64,000 bases of DNA from a virus (Duplodnaviria; Heunggongvirae; Uroviricota; Caudoviricetes; Ackermannviridae), in the IMG/VR virus record IMGVR_UViG_2974596396_000001, positions 88,254-152,253 of that record; one strand, given 5' to 3'. Shown one piece after another: positions 18,426 to 27,705 of the stretch. Position numbers and translations under genes: made by a program. How positions within the stretch are numbered: position 1 is the stretch's first letter; every line of letters starts with the position of its first letter. Under the pieces are notes generated by a model, which made no database searches, was not told the origin of the DNA, and worked only from the letters and a program-made list of their open reading frames with translations.

Positions 18426-19349
18426 ATGTTTTATGAATTGTTGGTTTCTAAAGGCGGCAAACCGCATTTTGTCAAGAAGTATTTGAGGATGGTTCAATCT
18501 TTCAAATATTCTGATGGTGACTACACCGAATTACACCACATCCTTCCCAAGAGCATGTTCCCTGAATATTCCAAAGACAAGATCAATTTGACAAGACTTA
18601 CTGGCAGGCAACATTATCTTGCCCATGTGTGTTTGGCCTTGGCTTTCCCACACACGAGAATGGTGTATGCTGTGGTAGCTATGAGAAAGGGAGGAAGGAG
18701 AAATAAATCAGGGATTCGGTTTAATTCTCATTTGTATGAAAGTTTCAGAATTAAATTCAGTGAACAACTATCTTTACAATGGAAAGGGGTTTCTCGGTTT
18801 GTGGGTAAAGACAACCCAATGTATGGGAGAAGGGGAAAGAATAATCCCCAATATGGATATAAGAGAACTCCAGAGCAAGTCAAGAAAATTACCAAAGGAT
18901 TGATGAAAATCCATGAAAGGATGGCTTCTGATCCGGAATATAAAAGAGAAGTTTTAGATCAGCGTCGTGCCAATACGGATTTAAAGCAATTTTCTGAGCG
19001 TTCCCGCCAAGCAAAACTCGGGAAACTCAACCCAAATTATGGGAAGGACTTAACCAACTCATTCACACCAGAGCAACGCGCCAAACAGAAAGAAAACGCT
19101 CAGAAAGGCATGTTGGTTAAGATGCCCTGGGAGAAGGGTAAATGGAACCCAGAAAATGATGTATATTGGGAGAAAGCTGATCAATTCCTTGAAGCCCTGA
19201 AAACGATGAAACGTTCAGAAGCCCTCTTGTTTGTGTACGGAACAAAGGATTTGAAGGCGTTTAATGCATCTAGTGGGATCATCGAACGTTTCAATAAAGG
19301 GTGGGAACCATTAAAATGTGGTAAATGGTTAAAAAGGTACAAAGGATAA
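18426..19349 (+). CDS. HNH homing endonuclease with NUMOD-like repeats
   Basis: ELHHILPKS-HYLAH HNH core, plus repeated NPMYGRRGKNNPQYG modules. Free-standing gene. Confidence 0.7.
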   Translation: MFYELLVSKGGKPHFVKKYLRMVQSFKYSDGDYTELHHILPKSMFPEYSKDKINLTRLTGRQHYLAHVCLALAFPHTRMVYAVVAMRKGGRRNKSGIRFNSHLYESFRIKFSEQLSLQWKGVSRFVGKDNPMYGRRGKNNPQYGYKRTPEQVKKITKGLMKIHERMASDPEYKREVLDQRRANTDLKQFSERSRQAKLGKLNPNYGKDLTNSFTPEQRAKQKENAQKGMLVKMPWEKGKWNPENDVYWEKADQFLEALKTMKRSEALLFVYGTKDLKAFNASSGIIERFNKGWEPLKCGKWLKRYKG

Positions 19350-19353
19350 AGAA

Positions 19354-19578
19354 ATGAGCTGGAAATTGTTCAAACTGCGTAAAGCGACTGATGAGTTTCT
19401 TCTGAAAGCCCGTATGGAAGGACGTCTCGTGTACACTCCTTACCCAGGCACTACTCGGTTTTGCAGTACGCTGAGGAAACAGAAATCAGTTTCTGGGCCG
19501 AGACGTTTGATGAACCAGGGTATGTTGTCTTTTAACACGGGAGACCACAGACCGTGTGATGGCGGTCGGATTATCTGA
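19354..19578 (+). CDS. Hypothetical small protein
   Basis: ORF with RBS. Confidence 0.35.
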   Translation: MSWKLFKLRKATDEFLLKARMEGRLVYTPYPGTTRFCSTLRKQKSVSGPRRLMNQGMLSFNTGDHRPCDGGRII

Positions 19579-19695
19579 ATAAAGAATCGCGTTACTTCGT
19601 TCTTCAATAACTTTTTCAACGTATATATTGACCTCACTTTAACGACGCGCCCCGATAAGGGCGCTCACTTTGAACTGAAACAGGAAGACTATACC

Positions 19696-21714
19696 ATGGC
19701 AGAATTCAAACCCTTCGCAACGGCAGTTAATAACAACGTGCTGGCGATGTCCGCAACTGGTCTGTTCATGACCAATATCGATAAAGATGCTCTTTGGGAT
19801 CTGTATCTGGCATCTTTCCCTGCTGGTACCAACCCGCTTTACCGTGAGCGTACCGAGCACGACTGCACCTGCTGTAAACAATTCATCCGTAACATCGGCG
19901 GTGTGGTCACCATCGACTCCGACCTGAACTTAATTTCTATCTGGGACAACATTGATCTGGGTAATGAATATGACGTGGTGGCTGCGGCGCTGTCTGCGTA
20001 TGTCAAGCAACACGCAATCGTCGACGTGTACTTCAACGATACCAAGAAAGTCGGTGTTGAGTCGAATCACGAAATGAAAGACGGCAATGTCCGCACCTAC
20101 AACCACTTTCACACCGACCTGCTGGGTAGCTATGTTCTGCGTCCGGACGCAATCGCTTCGAAAAAAGGTGAAATCCGCCAGGCTATTGAATTGTTTGAAC
20201 GCGGTCTGCGTGAAATTACTCTGGAATCAGCTGAAATCGTTCTGGAACTGATTGACCAGAATTCTCTGTATCGCGGCGCAGAACACAAAGCAGCAGTGAA
20301 GGGATTTGTTGAAACCAAAAAGGCATATGAACAAGTCCCCGAATCAGCCCGTTCTCTTTGGGCATGGCATACTGGATACCGTTCAAACAATCATGTTCCA
20401 CACGGCATCCGTAACACAGTTATCGGCACTCTGCTGACTGATATCAGTGAAGGCGTGGAACTGGAAAAGGCCGTTAAGTCGTTTGAAACCAAAGTTGCCC
20501 CAGCGAACTACAAACGCCCGACGGCTCTGGTCTCCAAGTCCATGATCGAAAACGCTCAGAAAGAAGTGATTGCTCTCGGTCTGGAAGATTCGCTGGCGCG
20601 TCGTTATGCAGTTTATGACGACCTGACGATCAATAACGTTCTGTTTGCAGACCTGGCTGCTCAAAAAGCGATGGATCCATTCGCTCAACTGGCCGCCGAA
20701 GTGAAAACGCCGACCAAGTCGCTGGATAAAGTTGAAGAGATCGGCATTGACGACTTCCTGAGCAATATCCTGCCGAAAGCGCATTCAATGGAAGTGCTGG
20801 TTGAAAACTCGCATACAGGAAACCTGATGTCTCTGGTCGCTCCGGCTATCGCAGGTGCTCCTAACCTTTTCAAATGGGGCAACGGTTTCTCATGGTCATA
20901 CAACGGCGAAGTGGCCGACTCCATCAAAGAGCGTGTGAAAGCGGCTGGCGGTAAAGTCGACGGGTTCCTCCGTGTATCCCTGGCCTGGCATAACAACGAT
21001 GACCTCGATCTGCATATGTTCTTTAACAATATGGAACATGTGTACTTCCGCGATCGTCGTTCAATGACTGGTGCACATCTCGATATCGACATGAACGGTA
21101 TGGACGGCATCGACCCGAACCGCTCTCCGGTAGAAAACATCATCTTCACTGATGAAAGAAAGTTGCGTGACGGTGAATATCGTTTTGAGATTCACAACTA
21201 CAACCAACGTGAAAAGATCGACGAAGGGTTTGAAATTGAAGTTGAATACAAAGGCGCTACGCAACGTTTCAGCCACAATGGGTTAAAAGACCAGGGGCGC
21301 ATCACTGCCGTCGTTCTGACTGTTAAAGACAAACAAGTCGTTAGCATCAAGTCCGAGCTGGCGAATGTTGATAAATCCAAAGAAATTTGGGGCATTAAGA
21401 CAGCGACCTTCCAGAAGGTACAACTGGTCCTGAACTCACCGAACCATTGGGATGGTGAACAAACTGGCAACAAGCACGTCTTCTTCATCCTGGAAGGTTG
21501 TGCAAATCCTGAAGGTACTCGTGGTTTCTACAACGAATATCTGAAGCCGGAACTGGATAAACATCGTAAGGTTTTTGAAATGTTGGGTAGTAAAATGAAA
21601 GTCCAGCCGAATGAAAACCAACTGTCCGGTCTGGGATTCTCGACGACGCAACGCAACCACGTGTTCGTCAAAGTGTCCGGCGCGTTTAACCGTACTGTAA
21701 AAGTCATTTTCTAA
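19696..21714 (+). CDS. Large hypothetical protein (672 aa)
   Basis: Long ORF with GAAGAC RBS. No motif I can assign. The minus-strand ORFs inside it are spurious. Confidence 0.6.
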   Translation: MAEFKPFATAVNNNVLAMSATGLFMTNIDKDALWDLYLASFPAGTNPLYRERTEHDCTCCKQFIRNIGGVVTIDSDLNLISIWDNIDLGNEYDVVAAALSAYVKQHAIVDVYFNDTKKVGVESNHEMKDGNVRTYNHFHTDLLGSYVLRPDAIASKKGEIRQAIELFERGLREITLESAEIVLELIDQNSLYRGAEHKAAVKGFVETKKAYEQVPESARSLWAWHTGYRSNNHVPHGIRNTVIGTLLTDISEGVELEKAVKSFETKVAPANYKRPTALVSKSMIENAQKEVIALGLEDSLARRYAVYDDLTINNVLFADLAAQKAMDPFAQLAAEVKTPTKSLDKVEEIGIDDFLSNILPKAHSMEVLVENSHTGNLMSLVAPAIAGAPNLFKWGNGFSWSYNGEVADSIKERVKAAGGKVDGFLRVSLAWHNNDDLDLHMFFNNMEHVYFRDRRSMTGAHLDIDMNGMDGIDPNRSPVENIIFTDERKLRDGEYRFEIHNYNQREKIDEGFEIEVEYKGATQRFSHNGLKDQGRITAVVLTVKDKQVVSIKSELANVDKSKEIWGIKTATFQKVQLVLNSPNHWDGEQTGNKHVFFILEGCANPEGTRGFYNEYLKPELDKHRKVFEMLGSKMKVQPNENQLSGLGFSTTQRNHVFVKVSGAFNRTVKVIF

Positions 21715-21752
21715 TTGATTTTGACCACAAATTCGTAATAAGGAACAATGAA

Positions 21753-22124
21753 ATGTTTGATCAAGCAACCCGTTTAAAACTGCGTTTCAACTCTAACAAA
21801 GGTCTGCTGTCTGTTGAGCAGGTTTGGGATCTGAACCTGAATGCCCTAAACGAACTGGCGAAAGACCTCAGCCGTCAGGTGAAGGAAGCCGCCAGCGATG
21901 AAGAAGATTTCATCGGCGTGAAAAGCGCAGTCGACTCTCAGTTACAACTGCGTTTCGATATCGTGAAAGCGATCATCGGTGTTAAACTGAAAGAACGTGA
22001 CGAAAGCGCAACCGCCGCCGAACGTAAAGCGAACAACCAGGCGATCATGGAACTGATCCAGCGTAAGAAACAGCAGGAACTGGAAGGTCTCTCTGTTGAA
22101 GAACTGGAAAAACTCCTGAAATAA
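21753..22124 (+). CDS. Coiled-coil hypothetical protein
   Basis: Heptad-like charged repeats. AGGAAC RBS. Confidence 0.5.
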   Translation: MFDQATRLKLRFNSNKGLLSVEQVWDLNLNALNELAKDLSRQVKEAASDEEDFIGVKSAVDSQLQLRFDIVKAIIGVKLKERDESATAAERKANNQAIMELIQRKKQQELEGLSVEELEKLLK

Positions 22125-22145
22125 TCTGTCGGCTCCGGCCTGAGC

Positions 22146-22172
22146 AACCCCGCCGTGTGCGGGGTTTCTTTT
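22146..22172 (+). terminator. Rho-independent terminator
   Basis: AACCCCGC-CGTGT-GCGGGGTT followed by TCTTTT. Confidence 0.8.
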
Positions 22173-22183
22173 AGGTAAAGAAT

Positions 22184-22558
22184 ATGAAACCTGTCATCTG
22201 TGATTACTGCGGCCTTCCTGCCAAATACGTCAGTGGTGATGTACTCTACCCTCATCGCCCAGATCTACACAAACTGAAGTTCTGGGTATGCTCGCCATGC
22301 GACGCTCGTGTGGGTTGCCATACCCATGGGGATGGTAGACAACCTCTGGGAAGGATGGCGAATGCCGCTCTCCGTGCTGCTAAGCAGGAAGCTCATAGGT
22401 CGTTTGACCCTATCTGGAAAAGTGGGCAGAGGAGCAGGAGTGATGCTTACAGCTGGCTGGCTCATAATCTGGGGATCAAGAAGCGCGATTGCCATATCGG
22501 CTTGTTCGATATCGTCATGTGCCGTAAAGTAGTGGAGGTCTGTAAACAAATATCATAG
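22184..22558 (+). CDS. Zinc-finger protein (DUF3268-like)
   Basis: CDYCGLPA-YPHRPDL-FWVCSPCDARVGCH pattern of two C-x-x-C pairs. Confidence 0.45.
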   Translation: MKPVICDYCGLPAKYVSGDVLYPHRPDLHKLKFWVCSPCDARVGCHTHGDGRQPLGRMANAALRAAKQEAHRSFDPIWKSGQRSRSDAYSWLAHNLGIKKRDCHIGLFDIVMCRKVVEVCKQIS

Positions 22559-22566
22559 GATAACAC

Positions 22567-23439
22567 ATGACAACTCGTACTGGCATCAAACTCACTCCTG
22601 AAGTCCTGAAGTCACATATCGCTGAGGTGATTTACGAAGACCGCGAAGTCGGCGGTCACCGGGCTATCACTTGTCATTTCAAGATGGATAACGGCTTCGT
22701 CGTTCACGGCACCAAGCCCAGCACATCCATAGACCCGGCCAACTTCGATGAAGCCCTGGGCAAAGAGATTTCCTACAATAACACCTTCGACCAGCTGTGG
22801 CAGCTGGAGGCGTACCGGGCGCTTGTTGAACAAGATCTGTTGGCCAAAGCCACGGAAACGGCAGAGATCCGGATCGATCAATACGCTGTTGAACGTAGCG
22901 CCCTCTGTCCGGCCTATCACCTCGGCTTCAATGTGATGATTCAGGACGTGATGTTCAGAGCGGAAAATGGCGAGCGCTTCTTGGCGTCTTTCGTTTGTGG
23001 GCCGGATGACATGGAACTTGTTGTTGACTCTCACAACGCCAAATCTCGTAAGGCTGTTAGTGATTTCCTGCGCGCCAACTCCAAACTCGATCTCACTTAT
23101 TCGCCATTGGTTCTGCGCATCGCCAAGATTTGTCATGAAGCCAACCGCGCATACTGCAAGTCTGTTGGTGACGACTCTCAACTGCCTTGGGAACAATCTC
23201 CGGCCTGGCAGCGTGAGAGCGCTTGCAAAGGTGTTATCTTCCATCTCACTGGTGATCGTAAGCCCAGCGAATCGCATGAGAGCTGGATGGCGGAGAAGGA
23301 GGCTGAGGGATGGGTGTATGGCCCAGTCAAAGACCCTCAGACCAAGCAACACCCTTGCATGGTTCCGTATGGAGAACTCCCGGTACAACAACGCTCCAAA
23401 GATTATATTTTCAAATCCATTGTAGACTCCTTTAAATAA
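22567..23439 (+). CDS. RyR-domain protein
   Basis: The C-terminal WMAEKEAEGWVYGPVKDPQTKQHPCMVPYGELPVQQRSKD matches the RyR (ryanodine-receptor) domain consensus. Confidence 0.6.
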   Translation: MTTRTGIKLTPEVLKSHIAEVIYEDREVGGHRAITCHFKMDNGFVVHGTKPSTSIDPANFDEALGKEISYNNTFDQLWQLEAYRALVEQDLLAKATETAEIRIDQYAVERSALCPAYHLGFNVMIQDVMFRAENGERFLASFVCGPDDMELVVDSHNAKSRKAVSDFLRANSKLDLTYSPLVLRIAKICHEANRAYCKSVGDDSQLPWEQSPAWQRESACKGVIFHLTGDRKPSESHESWMAEKEAEGWVYGPVKDPQTKQHPCMVPYGELPVQQRSKDYIFKSIVDSFK

Positions 23440-23467
23440 GCTCTGAATAATATTTCAACCTGTCAAT

Positions 23468-23552
23468 AATATAATGCCCGGTTATATTCAATCGGGCATT
23501 TTATTATATTAATTGGCATCAATACCGCCTGTCGTAATATAATAGTCCCATG
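23468..23552. promoter_or_regulatory. Cluster of three TAATATAAT boxes (+,-,+) flanking an ATGCCCG/CGGGCAT hairpin
   Basis: Direct reading. Each box contains a perfect TATAAT. Upstream of the vWA operon. Confidence 0.4.
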
Positions 23553-23588
23553 TTGAAATAGTTGGGAAATATAACTCACGAGAGCCTG

Positions 23589-23765
23589 ATGACCGACAAC
23601 AAATTAAAACGCGCCGGACTTGATTGTCTTGACAATTCATTCCGTCCCAGTGATGTTCTGGTCGCCCAAATGGAAAACAACCGGGATTTCATTGAAACTA
23701 TGCTGGAGAACGCCGACGCGAACTCCAAACACTCCAAAGCCCAAAAAGGTCAAAACGATGATTGA
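23589..23765 (+). CDS. Hypothetical small protein
   Basis: Inner ATG of ORF 23562. Ends with an ATGA overlap into the vWA gene. Confidence 0.3.
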   Translation: MTDNKLKRAGLDCLDNSFRPSDVLVAQMENNRDFIETMLENADANSKHSKAQKGQNDD

Positions 23766-25974
23766 ATCATTAACATTTAAGAATGCGGTTGCGACTGTCG
23801 CGCCGTCTAACCATGTAATCGTTGTGGATATCTCCGGTTCCATGTATCGTTCACTTCCAGAAGTTCGTAAGCATCTGAAGGAGAACCTGCCTTCCCTGGT
23901 GAAACCGGAAGATACTGTGAGCATCCTTTACTTTTCATCTCGCGGTGATTTCGGAACGGTATTTGCCGGACGTCAGATTAACAGTGCAACTGATCTCAGT
24001 GAGATCAATAATCTAATTGACCGTTTCCTGAAGCCTTCTGGTTGTACTGGTTTTGTTGAGCCACTGAAACTGGCTGCGGAAACTGCCATTAGCCTGAATA
24101 AACCTGGTTATGTTAACAACCTGGCATTCATGACCGACGGATATGACAACTGCTGGCGTTCTAATGAAATCCTGGATGCCGCTGAAGTACTGCCCAAAGC
24201 GTTTGATAACATTACCTTCATCGAATACGGTTGGTATTGTAATCGCGAACTGCTGGGGCTAATGGCAGAACGTTCTGGTGCGACCCACGTATTCGCCGAA
24301 GGACAGAATGAATATCAGACCGAATTGGAAAACGTGCTGAAAACTTCTTCACCGAAAGTTGTAGTCGATGTTCCTCTGGTTTATACCCATGCCATTTATG
24401 TTGAAAATGGCGTGGCGACTGTTTTAGCTGTGCATCCTGATGAAGAGCACCCTATTGGCCACGTCAGCATCCCTGAAAGCGTTTCTCAGCTGTGGGTTGT
24501 AAACCCCAACATGATCGACCAGCTGGATAATCTGGCAGACAACCAGGCGGCATACGTGCTGGCATTCTATGGCGTGTACACCATGGACGCCGATTTGGTC
24601 TGGGCCGCGCTGAAGAAGACGGGTGACGTCCGCTTCATCAAACAGTACAGCAACTGTTTCACCAAGCAGGATTACTCCAACATCAAAGTTGATCTGACTC
24701 AGGCTATCGTAGACGAATCTCTGCGAGGAGTTGATGGCATCGATTATAATATGGTTCCGGCTGAAGACGCCACCACCATTGTTGATGTTCTGACGTATCT
24801 GGCTGAAGCAGATGTCTCTATTGTCACCAAGCATCCGCTATTCTCTTACAAGAGCATTGGGCGCGGTACTGTACAGAAAGTTGATGACACCGAAGACAAG
24901 TTGGCCGAAGAGATTGCGAATGCGACTTCTAAAGAAGAGCGTAAAGCCCTGGCGCTCAAACTGGCCGAGCACGAAGATTGGACCCCCGAATTCAATCCAG
25001 CGGATGATAAAGGGATTGTCCCGATCAGCAATTTGGTCTACAATTCAGAACGTCCTAACATCAGTGTGCAGACAGTTCAACACGGAACGGTTGTTGTGCC
25101 TGAGTTTGTACAGAAGAAATATGAACTTCCTGAAGAACTGGGAACCTGGCGTTATCGCAATTATACCATTGTCAAGGATGGCATCATCAACCTGAAAACA
25201 ATGCCTATCACTGCAGATTCTCCGATTGTTCGGGCTAAGGTGGCACAGGATTTGACTGCCATGGGCGTTCATGTGTTTGGTGGGCCGGAAGTCTTCATTG
25301 TAAATCTGGAAAGTGTCCCAATGGTTAACCGCGCCATGACAAAGAATATCAGTGCTGCTGAATTCTTTGCAGACAATGTGCGCCGTGAAGCATTGAAGGC
25401 AAAACAGAAAGTTCTGAAATTCTACCGTGATGAACTGGTTGGTAAAGGCAACGCTACTGGTCTGGCTTCAAAATATGGCAAAGAAGCGGCTGATTTCCTG
25501 TCAGCAAACGGCATTCGCGACTATGGATTTTCACCGAAGACTTCTTCTGTAGAATCAACCGATGTCTATATGAGTCGTGAATTGAATGTGAAAATCAAAG
25601 GCGCATCTTCACTGCCGAGCATCGCGTCTGTTATCAAAAAACAGACGGACGGTAAAAAACTCAATGTCGCTGATCAGCTGATCGCTAATGCCCTGGCAGA
25701 ATACAATGCGTTTGTTAAATCGCCGATGATCACCAGCGTACCGGAAGAGACTCAGAAAAAGCTGATCGAAAGTTGGATCGGTGACGCAGCAAAAGCGGCC
25801 ATTAACGAAGTCCGCTCTCTGAACAAAACGCTGTCCAAGGTAGTTTATGGGATTGTTGCAGGCCATGGTTGGTTTACCGACCTGGATTTGGAAGAATCCA
25901 CTATGGATGTGGAAGTTGATGGGGTGAAATACACCGTCACTGCCGAACTGGCTGAAAAAGAAGTCAAAATCTAA
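23758..25974 (+). CDS. von Willebrand factor A (vWA/MIDAS) domain protein, 738 aa
   Basis: MIDAS VVVDISGSMYRS and AFMTDGYDN. Start placed at ATG 23758 (ORF 23620 extends spuriously upstream). Confidence 0.65.
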   Translation: MIESLTFKNAVATVAPSNHVIVVDISGSMYRSLPEVRKHLKENLPSLVKPEDTVSILYFSSRGDFGTVFAGRQINSATDLSEINNLIDRFLKPSGCTGFVEPLKLAAETAISLNKPGYVNNLAFMTDGYDNCWRSNEILDAAEVLPKAFDNITFIEYGWYCNRELLGLMAERSGATHVFAEGQNEYQTELENVLKTSSPKVVVDVPLVYTHAIYVENGVATVLAVHPDEEHPIGHVSIPESVSQLWVVNPNMIDQLDNLADNQAAYVLAFYGVYTMDADLVWAALKKTGDVRFIKQYSNCFTKQDYSNIKVDLTQAIVDESLRGVDGIDYNMVPAEDATTIVDVLTYLAEADVSIVTKHPLFSYKSIGRGTVQKVDDTEDKLAEEIANATSKEERKALALKLAEHEDWTPEFNPADDKGIVPISNLVYNSERPNISVQTVQHGTVVVPEFVQKKYELPEELGTWRYRNYTIVKDGIINLKTMPITADSPIVRAKVAQDLTAMGVHVFGGPEVFIVNLESVPMVNRAMTKNISAAEFFADNVRREALKAKQKVLKFYRDELVGKGNATGLASKYGKEAADFLSANGIRDYGFSPKTSSVESTDVYMSRELNVKIKGASSLPSIASVIKKQTDGKKLNVADQLIANALAEYNAFVKSPMITSVPEETQKKLIESWIGDAAKAAINEVRSLNKTLSKVVYGIVAGHGWFTDLDLEESTMDVEVDGVKYTVTAELAEKEVKI

Positions 25975-25982
25975 TTTCAACT

Positions 25983-26007
25983 GGCGGGGAAACCCGCCTT
26001 CATTTTG
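25983..26007 (+). terminator. Rho-independent terminator
   Basis: GGCGGG-GAAA-CCCGCC followed by TTCATTTT. Confidence 0.7.
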
Positions 26008-26017
26008 AGATATGCTT

Positions 26018-26329
26018 ATGTCAAACAAACCAACTTATGTTGAAGTGATGCGTGTTCTGGCTCAGTACGCTTGTGACAACCTGAACATGGAAACTTGGCG
26101 CAATGGGGATCACAAGGACAAGTTTGATAACATTGATGATAATATCGATGCTTTAGCGCCGTTACGGGTTAAGAATGATCTCGGCGGTGACGATCTTGAC
26201 ATGATTGAGCTGGTCATGGAAATCGAAGAAGAGTACGATGTAGAAATTAGTGACGAGTGGGTGGGTAAACATGGAGATGATCCTACCCTCGGAGAGTTAG
26301 CTGAACTCGTCGTTGTTCTCTGCAAATAA
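26018..26329 (+). CDS. Acyl carrier protein homologue with the active-site Ser replaced by Asp
   Basis: DLGGDDLDMIELVMEIEEEYDVEISDE aligns with E. coli AcpP [27 protein letters not shown]. The phosphopantetheine Ser corresponds to Asp59 (codon GAT, 26192-26194). Confidence 0.7.
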   Translation: MSNKPTYVEVMRVLAQYACDNLNMETWRNGDHKDKFDNIDDNIDALAPLRVKNDLGGDDLDMIELVMEIEEEYDVEISDEWVGKHGDDPTLGELAELVVVLCK

Positions 26330-26338
26330 TAATCCATG

Positions 26339-26370
26339 AAATCCCCAATAATTATTGGGGATTTTTACTT
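26339..26370 (+). terminator. Rho-independent terminator
   Basis: AAATCCCCAATAATTATTGGGGATTT followed by TTT. Confidence 0.8.
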
Positions 26371-26378
26371 TCAAAGGC

Positions 26379-26407
26379 TTTACTTGAATAAACATTTGCC
26401 GTATTAT
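26379..26407 (+). promoter_or_regulatory. Host sigma70-type early promoter
   Basis: -35 TTTACT, 17-nt spacer, -10 TATTAT. Confidence 0.5.
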
Positions 26408-26460
26408 TCAATAACTGGCTAACGTGGGGTTGGTCAGAAATTGAATAGGTTGATTATAAC

Positions 26461-26700
26461 ATGTCAAACAAGAAAGTAGAAACGGCAGTAGAAATAGACC
26501 GCAATTGGGGCTTGCTCCGCGCTAAAGGATTCCGCCGTGTGTACATGACTAAGGAAGTCTATGCTTCGCGCCGAGATGTTATCATTAGCAAGAAAGGAAA
26601 AGTATGGGTTGCTGAAGAGGTTGATGCCGAAACGGGTGTCGTCGGTAAGGTTAAAGCCAAGGCGAATATTCTTTTCGCTCTTCTGAAGCATATCAATTAA
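26461..26700 (+). CDS. Early hypothetical basic protein
   Basis: First ORF downstream of the promoter at 26379. Confidence 0.5.
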   Translation: MSNKKVETAVEIDRNWGLLRAKGFRRVYMTKEVYASRRDVIISKKGKVWVAEEVDAETGVVGKVKAKANILFALLKHIN

Positions 26701-26759
26701 TTCTATAAATTATGGCGGGGTATGATTACCCCGTCGATTTGAAATGCAGGAACTATACC

Positions 26760-27215
26760 ATGACTCGCATCAATGTTATTCCCGTTGAATCTCTTTGCGA
26801 CCAACACCTCCTTGCCGAGTATAAAGAACTTGCGCCTGTTGTCCTTAACGTGGTGAATGGAAAACGCCGTAATCTCAAGGGCGCTCCAAAGCAGTACAAA
26901 CTCAACGAAGGTCATGTGCTGTTCTTCCGCGACAAACTCATTTATCTGATCGAGCGTTACGATCAGCTTGTTGCCGAACTGATTTCTCGTGGGTATGTTG
27001 TCAACTATCCTTCGCTCCGCAATCAGGTGACGTCCGACAATCGACAGGAACTCGCGATCTATTTGAACGATTACCAACCGACCCAGGCCGCAGTAGAAGA
27101 GAATGCCGAGCGCATTGTCGAACGTCTGAATGGCATGGGCAAGATCACGTATAACAGAACACCAGTAGATTCATCCTACATGGTGAACGTTATGAAACAA
27201 ACATTCCAATTTTGA
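26760..27215 (+). CDS. denV: Endonuclease V (pyrimidine-dimer DNA glycosylase) DenV
   Basis: MTRINVIPVESLCDQHLLAEYKELA-NGKR-GHV-FF-DKL is collinear with T4 DenV, [24 protein letters not shown]. Confidence 0.85.
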   Translation: MTRINVIPVESLCDQHLLAEYKELAPVVLNVVNGKRRNLKGAPKQYKLNEGHVLFFRDKLIYLIERYDQLVAELISRGYVVNYPSLRNQVTSDNRQELAIYLNDYQPTQAAVEENAERIVERLNGMGKITYNRTPVDSSYMVNVMKQTFQF

Positions 27216-27227
27216 AGAGGCTATATT

Positions 27228-27512
27228 ATGCAAAGAATAATCCGTAACAAATTGAACATCATGGTGTCAAACAAATTAAATCTGGATTCCCGTCAGACTA
27301 ATTCTGTTGTAAAACTTATGGTGATCAAAAATGATATCGACAAGGGAGATATCACTTCCGCGTTGAATGGGATTCTGGGTTTCATTTTGCGAGAATCTGA
27401 TCTTGGTCCAGTTCACGAAATCGATGATTTGACTAAGATGCTGAATACTAGCGGGGAAGATTTTGATTCCGCTCGTGTCTTAATCGATGGAATTAATAAA
27501 GATGAGGTGTAA
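27228..27512 (+). CDS. Hypothetical protein
   Basis: ORF with GAGG RBS. Confidence 0.45.
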   Translation: MQRIIRNKLNIMVSNKLNLDSRQTNSVVKLMVIKNDIDKGDITSALNGILGFILRESDLGPVHEIDDLTKMLNTSGEDFDSARVLIDGINKDEV

Positions 27513-27514
27513 CT

Positions 27515-27673
27515 TTGGATAATGAATTAATTTGGGAAATTGTAAAGGGTATCCTGGTGATAATCGGAGTCATCTTCGTATTGGGTGGTAATTTCTTCTA
27601 TCTGTTATTCCGGTTTGAACATAAGCGGAGGGAACGACAAGAATCGAGAAGAAAAGATAGGTGGATGAACTAA
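27515..27673 (+). CDS. Possible small single-TM protein with a non-ATG (TTG) start
   Basis: 52-codon frame WEIVKGILVIIGVIFVLGGNFFYLLF followed by a basic tail. Start codon uncertain. Confidence 0.2.
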   Translation: MDNELIWEIVKGILVIIGVIFVLGGNFFYLLFRFEHKRRERQESRRKDRWMN

Positions 27674-27705
27674 CTAAGGGATAACCCTATATCCCGAGGT
27701 GTGTC

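Noticed and set aside
20130-21768. Several minus-strand ORFs of 60-150 aa inside the 672-aa gene
   Set aside because: They are overlapped completely by a long + ORF with an RBS. Codon-usage shadow.
23620-23757. N-terminal extension of the vWA ORF beginning at 23620
   Set aside because: The extension overlaps the small gene at 23589 in another frame. ATG 23758 has the appropriate context, with an ATGA overlap, and immediately precedes the vWA fold.
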